From IMG/VR virus record IMGVR_UViG_3300009151_000031: a stretch of 64,000 nt of DNA; one strand, written 5' to 3'. A program made the translations under genes and the position numbers. Under the pieces are notes generated by a model. It was not told the DNA's origin. It worked only from the letters and a program-made list of their open reading frames with translations, and did not search any database. Source of the DNA: a virus. Every line of letters begins with the position of its first letter. Within the stretch, counting starts at the first letter, position 1. Of this stretch, positions 56,410 to 64,000 are shown piece by piece.

Positions 56410-56475
56410 TTGATTACCCGTTGGTGTATTCGAAGTTAAATATACTTATATGACAAGTATAACACAAAACTGTTT

Positions 56476-58038
56476 ATGAGTAAAGAACTAGAAACGGCAA
56501 TTATTAAGGCACCGTATAAACGGATGTCTTATACTGAAGTACAAATCAGGGAATTAGCCCGATGTGCTGACCCAGAAACGGGCCCATCTTACTTTATGGA
56601 TAATTATTTCCATATACAACATCCGACTAAAGGTGCTATACAATATCATCCATTTGAGTACCAGGAACGTCTAGTTAGCACATATCACAATTATAGATTC
56701 TCTATATCACTAATGCCTAGACAAACGGGCAAATCGACCAGTGCCGCAGGCTATTTGCTTTGGTATGCTATGTTTGTTCCTGATTCAACTATTCTTGTTG
56801 CCGCACACAAGTATCTAGGCGCACAAGAAATTATGCAACGTGTACGCTATGCTTATGAGAATTGTCCAGACTTCATACGAGCCGGAGTTACTAGTTATAA
56901 CAAAGGTAGCTTGGATTTTGAAAACGGAAGCCGTATTGTAAGTCAAACAACAACAGAAAACACAGGACGCGGTATGAGTTTATCACTCTTGTACTGTGAC
57001 GAGTTTGCATTCGTTCGTCCGACCATTGCCAGCGAATTTTGGACTTCCATCACTCCTACACTAGCAACTGGTGGTAAGTGTATTATTACATCAACACCAA
57101 ACTCAGATGAAGATCAATTTGCACAAATTTGGCGTAGTGCTAATAAATGCTTTGATGAACAAGGTAACGAAACTGAATTAGGGCAAAACGGATTTAAAGC
57201 ATTCCGTAGCGCCTGGCAAGAACATCCGGATCGTGATGAGAAGTGGGCCGCACAAATGCGAGCACAGTTAGGCGAAGAACGTTTTAGACGTGAGATGGAA
57301 TGTGAATTCATTATCTTTGATGAAACATTAATTAATCCATTACACCTAGTTGAAATGGCCGGAATTGATCCTATAGAAAAACAAGGACAAATACGTTGGT
57401 ATAAAAAGCCTGCAAAAGATCATACTTACGTAGTTGCACTAGATCCCAGCCTAGGAACAGGTAGTGACCCAGCGGCTATACAAGTATTTGAAATGCCCGG
57501 GCTTAAACAAGTAGCAGAGTGGCGGGATAATAAAACTATTGTTCAACGACAGGTAGTTATTATGAAAGAGATTTGCCAGCATCTAGTAGATGTAACTGGA
57601 ACAAATAATGTGTACTATAGTGTTGAAAATAATACACTAGGTGAAGCCGCTCTGGTTGCTATAAATGAACTTGGGGAAGAAAATATCCCGGGTACATTCC
57701 TTAGTGAGCCACGTAAAGGTGGTGCCGGTGTGCGTTATCGCAAGGGGTTTACTACAACAAACAAAAGCAAACTAAGTGCCTGTGCCAAGTTTAAAAGTTT
57801 AGTTGAAACCAAAAGACTGCATATTGCCAGTAAAGCTCTAATTAGTGAATTAAAGACATTTGTAGCAAGTGGTAACAGTTTTTCGGCTAAAATAGGTGAA
57901 CACGATGACTTGGTTATGAGTGCATTGCTAGCAATACGCATGATTATGCTGTTACAGCAGTTTGATGCAGGATTAGATGGCGAACTTAAAGATAGTATAG
58001 ATAATTTTATTGAACCTATGCCGTTCATAATGATATAA
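56476..58038 (+). CDS. gp17: Terminase large subunit
   Basis: PRQTGKS (Walker A), LLYCDEFAF (Walker B), TSTPN, VALDPS and HDDLVMS (RNase H-like nuclease domain). Confidence 0.95.
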   Translation: MSKELETAIIKAPYKRMSYTEVQIRELARCADPETGPSYFMDNYFHIQHPTKGAIQYHPFEYQERLVSTYHNYRFSISLMPRQTGKSTSAAGYLLWYAMFVPDSTILVAAHKYLGAQEIMQRVRYAYENCPDFIRAGVTSYNKGSLDFENGSRIVSQTTTENTGRGMSLSLLYCDEFAFVRPTIASEFWTSITPTLATGGKCIITSTPNSDEDQFAQIWRSANKCFDEQGNETELGQNGFKAFRSAWQEHPDRDEKWAAQMRAQLGEERFRREMECEFIIFDETLINPLHLVEMAGIDPIEKQGQIRWYKKPAKDHTYVVALDPSLGTGSDPAAIQVFEMPGLKQVAEWRDNKTIVQRQVVIMKEICQHLVDVTGTNNVYYSVENNTLGEAALVAINELGEENIPGTFLSEPRKGGAGVRYRKGFTTTNKSKLSACAKFKSLVETKRLHIASKALISELKTFVASGNSFSAKIGEHDDLVMSALLAIRMIMLLQQFDAGLDGELKDSIDNFIEPMPFIMI

Positions 58039-58051
58039 GATAAATAGTTTT

Positions 58052-59497
58052 ATGTCTAAAGAAATTGAATCCATTGCAACTGCATTATTTGAGAAAATAC
58101 GCTCAAGATTTACCAACGTAACCTTGGGCGATGAAAAAGCTCAGGCTGAACAAGATCCAGAAAAAGCCCGTTTCTTTAATTTTACATACACAGGACGTGA
58201 TGGTGCAAAATTTGGCACAGTGACTATTAGTTTAATTGATGAAACTAGTTTAAAAGTGTACTTTGGCCAAAACATTTCTGCAGACATGGACCGCGACCAA
58301 CGCAAAGAATGGTACGAATTTTTACGCAATTTAAGAATGTTTGCAAAACGCAATTTATTAACATTTGACACCCGCGACATTAACAAATCCAATTTAAAAC
58401 TACAAGACGTTAAACAGCAAGCTCGAGTTGACGACGTATCTACTACAGATGATATGCCTGTAACAGAAAGTAAGTTATACGGTACTCCGGGACGTCCATA
58501 CAATAGCTTTGCTGATAAAGGCAATACTAAAATTTTAATCCGTCACGCAGACAAAGTAAACGATGAAATTCGCGGAAGCCGCGCAAGACGCATCCAAGAA
58601 ATTTTCTTAGAAACCGAACGCGGCGAACGCTTCCTATTAGGACACAAAAACTTACACGGTGCTTATGCAATGGCCGAGCATTTAAATGCTGGCGGTACAA
58701 TGTATGATGAACGTGCAAAACATATTGATAATTTAATTGCTGAAATGTCAGCAATGCGACACTTTGTTCGTAGCACTAAACATCGTCAATTTGAAGATGA
58801 AGAAACAGCAGATATGACTCGTTGTGCTGTACACCATTACGATCAAATTAAACGCAAGTTGCGTGTAATGCGTGGTGCTCGCGGATACAAAAGTTATTTT
58901 GAAACTTTAGAACCGGAATCTCAACAAGACAATCAAATTGATGTAGATGCACTACGTGAACGTTTTGTTAAAAAGACATACGATGATCGTTTTACAGAAG
59001 CACTACCTATTGTATATAAAGCATACAAAAAATATCAATCAGAATCAGCCGGGCAACTAGGCGATGAGTTGTCTGAGTGGGCAGATGAAGTAACTGAAGG
59101 TACTTGGATTAAACCAGATACATCAGATAAAGCAACAGCACTACAGCAACTATTAAAATCGCCAATTACATCTAGTACAGCAAAAGATCGTTTAGAACCG
59201 TTAATTGGTAGCGATGCATTAAATGATGCCTTGGCTAACTATCAAGATCAACCTGATTATGATGTACGTCCCGTAGTTAAAAAATGGTTACAAGACAATA
59301 TGCCAGAGTTAGCCGGCAAGTTAACATACGGCGAAAATAATGTTGATGATGCTGGCACAAATTGGGTAGCCGCAACAAGCCCGCAAATGGCGCATCCAAC
59401 TGATACATACGGTGCAAGTTCTTTAGAAGAACCAAATGTAAATGAATCCCAGGACAGTTTGGATTTTATTCGTAGCCTTGCTGGCATCCGTCGTTAA
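58052..59497 (+). CDS. Hypothetical late protein (481 aa), possible internal head protein
   Basis: TAAATA 5 nt before the ATG. C-terminal DFIRSLAGIRR. Confidence 0.72.
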   Translation: MSKEIESIATALFEKIRSRFTNVTLGDEKAQAEQDPEKARFFNFTYTGRDGAKFGTVTISLIDETSLKVYFGQNISADMDRDQRKEWYEFLRNLRMFAKRNLLTFDTRDINKSNLKLQDVKQQARVDDVSTTDDMPVTESKLYGTPGRPYNSFADKGNTKILIRHADKVNDEIRGSRARRIQEIFLETERGERFLLGHKNLHGAYAMAEHLNAGGTMYDERAKHIDNLIAEMSAMRHFVRSTKHRQFEDEETADMTRCAVHHYDQIKRKLRVMRGARGYKSYFETLEPESQQDNQIDVDALRERFVKKTYDDRFTEALPIVYKAYKKYQSESAGQLGDELSEWADEVTEGTWIKPDTSDKATALQQLLKSPITSSTAKDRLEPLIGSDALNDALANYQDQPDYDVRPVVKKWLQDNMPELAGKLTYGENNVDDAGTNWVAATSPQMAHPTDTYGASSLEEPNVNESQDSLDFIRSLAGIRR

Positions 59498-59517
59498 ATA
59501 CAACTAAACAATCATTT

Positions 59518-60537
59518 ATGGAAATTATAAAGTCAACCAATGGCTTTCCTTACGCATGGAAAGCTGGCCGTGTCGAGCATCTAATTAGACAAATACTAGA
59601 ATCAAAAATCAAGCAACAGCTTACAGTAGAGCGAGCCATGATTATTAATCCTACATGGCTACACGAAAACGATTTATCAGTGCAAATTACTAGCGCAGAT
59701 CCCGGGTTTGTTATTTGTCACAACTTTGTAGACCCGGCAGTACCAAAAATATTTGAAGCAGTTGAACAATGCGGTCGCCCCAATCTTATTATAGGTAATG
59801 CTGATCAATACCGTTTAGATTTTTGGGCAATGGTATGCGACTTTTACTTCCGTGATTACCCCGACTACGAGCTAGCTCCACACACCAATGCACGTAAGTT
59901 TATTTGTTTAAATCGTAAACCGCATCAACATCGTGTGGCACTAGTAGAACGTTTGCTAGCAGTTAAAGATGAAGGATTCATTAGTTTAGGGTTACCCGGT
60001 GATCGTGCGCTAACAATAGACACAGACTTTGATCCAGACCAAGGTATTAACGATGAGTTTGGCAACATGGGCACAGACGAAGGTACAGTTAGCCGTAAGA
60101 TTAAAAATGATATCTTTAGCCTAGGCGACTTGGCCAATTGGAATCGTAGCTTATTATGCATAGTAACAGAAACAGAGTTTTCTAATACTAACCCTGAGAA
60201 CTTCTTTATGAGTGAAAAGACTTGGAAGCCAGTATTGGGTCTACGTCCTTTCTTTGTCTACGGACAACCTCGCCTGCGCGATTACTTAAAAGCACAAGGC
60301 TTTGATATATTCGAAGATATATTTGACTACAGTATTGTAAACGAACGTGCTGGCGATAGAGAACAGCAACAGCAATATGCCACAGTGGCACTCAATGGCA
60401 TTGCAAAGATAAACAATCCATACCAAGACTATCAAAAGTATTTTTATCGTTGTGTACTAAATCGTGTACGCTTCCATGCTTATGTATATGAGCAATGGGA
60501 TCGACTAAACACATTGGATCTAACTCAGTATGTTTGA
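59518..60537 (+). CDS. Putative GT-B glycosyltransferase (GT10-like motif)
   Basis: FICLNRKP...HR; IVTETEF...FMSEKTWKP...PFFVYG...LKAQGFDIF. Confidence 0.6.
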   Translation: MEIIKSTNGFPYAWKAGRVEHLIRQILESKIKQQLTVERAMIINPTWLHENDLSVQITSADPGFVICHNFVDPAVPKIFEAVEQCGRPNLIIGNADQYRLDFWAMVCDFYFRDYPDYELAPHTNARKFICLNRKPHQHRVALVERLLAVKDEGFISLGLPGDRALTIDTDFDPDQGINDEFGNMGTDEGTVSRKIKNDIFSLGDLANWNRSLLCIVTETEFSNTNPENFFMSEKTWKPVLGLRPFFVYGQPRLRDYLKAQGFDIFEDIFDYSIVNERAGDREQQQQYATVALNGIAKINNPYQDYQKYFYRCVLNRVRFHAYVYEQWDRLNTLDLTQYV

Positions 60538-61288
60538 AGTGCCAAGTTGGTCAATGATTGACAATCCGTATTCGTATGTACATAGACCCACAGATGTAGA
60601 ATTGACCAAGCTGTTAATTACAGTAGGTGATAGCTGGACTTACGGAGACAGCCTAGGCCGGACTAAAGTACGCAACGGCATCGACGATACTGACTATAGA
60701 CTAGCACACATATACGGTAACGTCATGGCTGAACACATGTGGGCAGACTGGATGAATTTAGCATTACCCGGCGGATCAAATACCCTAATGCTGACCTGGT
60801 TGGAAACGTTACTTGCAAAAAATCTCAAGTACAACGAGATAGTGTGTGTAATTACTCTAACAGAGTCTGGTAGACACGAAGACCTGCAACTAATTGATCG
60901 CGGGTTAATAACTCAACAGCGTGTATTAGAAAAAATAGTAACCACAGCATATGGACAGATTCAAACATTGGCACTGAGATACCCTAAAATTAAATTTGTT
61001 GTGGCACATAACTTTACAGACTCGTGTAGCAATATTCCTGTAAAAAAATCATGGCTAGAAGTAATGCTGGGTACAACCGTACAAGATGGTACACACATTG
61101 TTATTAGCGAACATATCGATCAAATGAACTATGAAACTAGATTCCCGGACGTACTTGACATAATGGATCGTGCTGGTAAAAGAATGGACCTGCTAGACTC
61201 CTGCAAATATTGTTTTAAAGAAGACAGTCGCCATCCCAACGAACAAGGTCATCGTATGTGGGCCGAGTACTTACTAACACAAATATGA
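60530..61288 (+). CDS. SGNH/GDSL-fold hydrolase or acyltransferase
   Basis: TVGDSWTYG, NLALPGGSN, DSRHPNEQGH. Confidence 0.8.
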   Translation: MFEVPSWSMIDNPYSYVHRPTDVELTKLLITVGDSWTYGDSLGRTKVRNGIDDTDYRLAHIYGNVMAEHMWADWMNLALPGGSNTLMLTWLETLLAKNLKYNEIVCVITLTESGRHEDLQLIDRGLITQQRVLEKIVTTAYGQIQTLALRYPKIKFVVAHNFTDSCSNIPVKKSWLEVMLGTTVQDGTHIVISEHIDQMNYETRFPDVLDIMDRAGKRMDLLDSCKYCFKEDSRHPNEQGHRMWAEYLLTQI

Positions 61289-62247
61289 TAGAGCAAGCAG
61301 TTACCGTTACCCCAAACGAGATTGTCATCCTTGGACAGTTCTTTGTACACAAGGACTACAGTATCACACGTAAAGATTTGTTGCTAGACATTGTGGCCAA
61401 ACAATATAGTGGACAACAGATTGTGGTTCGACTGTTTGATGGCGAAAACACAGACTTTAGCGGATTTGAACAATTCATCAAGTACCTATGTGCTACTGTG
61501 GGTATTCCTTATAACACCGTAACATTCGAAACACACAGCCCCAACCTAGATCCAGACTTTAACTTAACACAATTAAAATTAGGTATCTTTATCAGCGTCA
61601 ATCAATACTTGCCTGCAGAGTTTGATCGTGACTTAACTGCGGCAAGGTTTGTTGGCACTACACTAGGGCGTTACAATCTAAATCGTTTACGCCTAGCATA
61701 TGAACTAGACACAGCCTTTCCCAACGATACATATATTACATTCCAACCAAACAAACCATTTATAAACGAAACCCTGAAGCACTTTAGTAATCACTACGAA
61801 AATGAGCTTGCATGGTTACAGACAAAAACATTTGATGTGGATCTAGTAAGTAAGCATCATATGGGCATGATCGATTGGTACGATGCTTGCCGTAGTTATG
61901 GCAATGTTTGGAATCGTTTTCAAATTGAAGTAGTAAGTGAAACTGACAGTATAGATAACTTTTGGTTTACTGAAAAAACTGCTAACTGTTTGGCAACAGG
62001 CAAACCATTTGTTCTAGTAAGTGGGCAGGGTAGCTTACAGCGGTTGCGTGATATGGGATTTGTTACATTTGATACTATTCTAGACGAAGCATATGATCTT
62101 GCCAAAACACCATATAGTCGTATAAAACAGTTGACATCTGCACTTGATGCGTTATATAATAGCACAAGTAAAGCAGAAAAGATGCAAGAGCTTTACCGTT
62201 TAGCTAGCCAAAATGTAAAGATTTACCAAAACTATTGCGTTCGGTAA
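61285..62247 (+). CDS. Putative GT-B glycosyltransferase (GT10-like motif)
   Basis: ATG at 61285 overlaps the upstream stop. VVSET...WFTEKTANCL..GKPFVL...LRDMGF..F...LDEAYD. Confidence 0.6.
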   Translation: MIEQAVTVTPNEIVILGQFFVHKDYSITRKDLLLDIVAKQYSGQQIVVRLFDGENTDFSGFEQFIKYLCATVGIPYNTVTFETHSPNLDPDFNLTQLKLGIFISVNQYLPAEFDRDLTAARFVGTTLGRYNLNRLRLAYELDTAFPNDTYITFQPNKPFINETLKHFSNHYENELAWLQTKTFDVDLVSKHHMGMIDWYDACRSYGNVWNRFQIEVVSETDSIDNFWFTEKTANCLATGKPFVLVSGQGSLQRLRDMGFVTFDTILDEAYDLAKTPYSRIKQLTSALDALYNSTSKAEKMQELYRLASQNVKIYQNYCVR

Positions 62248-62265
62248 TAAAATCTAAAAAACAGT

Positions 62266-62295
62266 TTGACAAGCTAAATAATATTGTTATATACT
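62266..62295 (+). promoter_or_regulatory. Sigma70-type promoter for gp32, with an embedded late box
   Basis: TTGACA-N18-TATACT, with TAAATA inside the spacer. Confidence 0.65.
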
Positions 62296-62357
62296 AGCGG
62301 AGTGCTAGAATATATCTAGGCATATTTAAAGACCATCTTATATAAAGGAAAAACATC

Positions 62358-63335
62358 ATGGCCACAACTTTAGCAGAAATTAGAGCAAAACTTCAGTCGC
62401 AAGATACACGCGGCGGCAACAAACAATCAGGTGGCGACAACGCTATCTATCCACATTGGAACATTGCAGAAGGCTCTACCACACGTATTAGATTCCTCCC
62501 CGACGGTAACACCAAGAACAGCTTCTTTTGGGCTGAACGAGCAATGATTCGTTTGTCATTTGCTGGCGTAAAAGGCCAAGCAGACAGCAAGCCAGTTGTA
62601 GTTCAAGTTCCATGTATGGAAATGTATGGTGCGGCATGTCCAATTCTAGCCGAGGTACGTCCTTGGTTCAAAGACCCTAGCCTAGAGGAAATGGGTCGTA
62701 AGTATTGGAAGAAGAAGAGCTATGTATTCCAAGGCTTTGTACGTGAGAACGCACTAAGCGATGACAAGACGCCGGCCAATCCAATCCGTCGTTTTACTAT
62801 TAGCCCACAGATCTTTAATATCATCAAAGCGGCATTGATGGATCCAGAAATGGAAGAATTGCCAACAGACTTGCAACGTGGTTTGGATTTCCAAATTGTT
62901 AAAACAAGTAAAGGTGGCTATGCTGACTACTCTACAAGCAAGTGGTCACGTAAAGAATCTGCTATAACAGCAGAAGAACAAGCGGCTATTGACGAGCATG
63001 GACTGTTTAACTTGTCAGACTTCTTGCCTAAGCAACCTACCGAAACAGAGTTGAAGGTTATCAAAGAAATGTTTGAAGCATCGGTTGATGGTCAAGCATA
63101 CGATGCCGACAAATGGGGTGCTTATTACAAACCTTACGGTTTAGATACACCTAATGCGGCGCCAAAAGCAACAGCAGATGCTGGCGATGCACCTACTCCG
63201 GTAGCAAAGCCAGCAGTTGTAGTTGAAGATGAAGACGAAGCACCAACTCCTACTGCCCCAGTAGAAGCCGCTAAACCTTCTAGCCAAAAGGCAGAAGATA
63301 TTTTAGCAATGATTCGTAATCGTCAGAAGCAATAA
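62358..63335 (+). CDS. gp32: Single-stranded DNA-binding protein
   Basis: IRFLPDG, CMEMYGAACP, GRKYWKKKSY, DLQRGLDFQIVK...GGYADYSTSKW. C-terminal EDILAMIRNR. Confidence 0.92.
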   Translation: MATTLAEIRAKLQSQDTRGGNKQSGGDNAIYPHWNIAEGSTTRIRFLPDGNTKNSFFWAERAMIRLSFAGVKGQADSKPVVVQVPCMEMYGAACPILAEVRPWFKDPSLEEMGRKYWKKKSYVFQGFVRENALSDDKTPANPIRRFTISPQIFNIIKAALMDPEMEELPTDLQRGLDFQIVKTSKGGYADYSTSKWSRKESAITAEEQAAIDEHGLFNLSDFLPKQPTETELKVIKEMFEASVDGQAYDADKWGAYYKPYGLDTPNAAPKATADAGDAPTPVAKPAVVVEDEDEAPTPTAPVEAAKPSSQKAEDILAMIRNRQKQ

Positions 63336-63347
63336 CTTTAACTGATC

Positions 63348-63378
63348 GAGTGTGGGGGCTTTGGTCCCCACTCTTTCA
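63348..63378 (+). terminator. Possible intrinsic terminator after gp32
   Basis: GTGGGGG/TCCCCAC stem followed by a short, interrupted T-run. Confidence 0.5.
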
Positions 63379-63380
63379 TT

Positions 63381-64000
63381 ATGAATCAGATAAATTCTAT
63401 TGGGTTTGCATTAGATCCAACTAATATTCCAAGTTTTCTACTAGACTGGGAACTAACTAAGTTATGTAACTTAGACTGTTCCTATTGTCCTACGGGTATA
63501 GAAGGTGGTCACGACAACTCAACTCGGCATCCTCCGCTAGAAGAATGTCTACGCACAATTGATTTTATGTATGAATACGTAGATCAATATATGCGGCATA
63601 AGAAAGAATCACAACGCAAAGTAGTTTTAAATGTTTATGGTGGAGAAAGTTTATTCCATCCCGACATTATTACGATCCTAAAAGCAGTGAAAGACAAACA
63701 TGAACAATATAAAGATTCGTGGTATCTAACTGTAACTTGTACTACAAATGGAGTAGTAGGACAAAGTCGATGGGCACGTATTGTTCCGCTAATAGATGAG
63801 TTTACTGTAAGCTATCATTCAGAAAACTATTCTAAACAAAAACATCAAGTTCTAAAAAATCTATTGTATCTTAAAGAAAACAATAAACGATTTAAGTGCG
63901 TAGTAATGATGCACAACGATCTAGAATTGTTCAAAGACTCTGAATCAGTTATTACATTTTGTAAAGAAAACAGTATTCGCTATACAGCAAAACCCTTGGA
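63381..64000 (+). CDS. Radical SAM protein (3' truncated; not in the supplied ORF track)
   Basis: Translated by hand: MNQINSIGFALD...DWELTKLCNLDCSYC (CxxxCxxC), NVYGGESL, CTTNG. Confidence 0.9.
   Translation, partial: MNQINSIGFALDPTNIPSFLLDWELTKLCNLDCSYCPTGIEGGHDNSTRHPPLEECLRTIDFMYEYVDQYMRHKKESQRKVVLNVYGGESLFHPDIITILKAVKDKHEQYKDSWYLTVTCTTNGVVGQSRWARIVPLIDEFTVSYHSENYSKQKHQVLKNLLYLKENNKRFKCVVMMHNDLELFKDSESVITFCKENSIRYTAKPL

Noticed and set aside
62296-62357. T4-like gp32 autoregulatory pseudoknot
   Set aside because: Only a short CTAGA/TCTAG hairpin and an AT-rich leader are visible. No second stem could be supported.
1-64000. Stop-codon reassignment, inteins or introns in core genes, and tRNAs
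   Set aside because: Portal, gp17, gp23, gp18 and gp32 are uninterrupted in the standard code. TAG, TGA and TAA all act as stops. No tRNA cloverleaf was seen by eye; tRNAscan-SE would be decisive.

Overview
A 64 kb segment of a large, AT-rich T4-superfamily myophage genome, probably an uncultured jumbo-type phage; the host cannot be determined. The window holds most of the morphogenesis region. Head: portal gp20, core proteins, protease gp21, scaffold gp22, major capsid gp23. Neck and tail: gp13, gp14, gp15, sheath gp18, tube gp19 plus a tube paralogue, gp26-like hub chaperone, and a tape-measure-like protein with an M15 peptidase. Packaging: gp17, gp4, possible small terminase. About 21 kb (16.5-37.9 kb) encode modular fibre and baseplate proteins. 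Also present are gp32 SSB, dNMP kinase, NUDIX, a DEDDh exonuclease, GIY-YIG and HNH nucleases, three radical SAM genes, and two clusters of SGNH-fold plus GT10-like glycosyltransferase genes. Regulation is T4-like, with TAAATA/TAAGTA late boxes and a few near-perfect sigma70 promoters. Main findings: (1) a ~530 nt highly structured non-coding region after the GIY-YIG gene, containing five 10-bp-phased repeats; (2) a well-supported -1 frameshift joining the gp26-like ORF to a 72-aa ORF, resembling lambda G/GT; (3) a recurring L-x-x-LAG[LI] helix shared by the scaffold C-terminus and three putative internal head proteins, a candidate capsid cargo-loading signal; (4) many apparently leaderless mRNAs and hairpins that gate ribosome-binding sites; (5) a candidate virion glycosylation/acylation system. 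No tRNA, CRISPR array, reverse transcriptase, intron or intein could be supported. All family assignments come from motif recognition by eye, not database searches.
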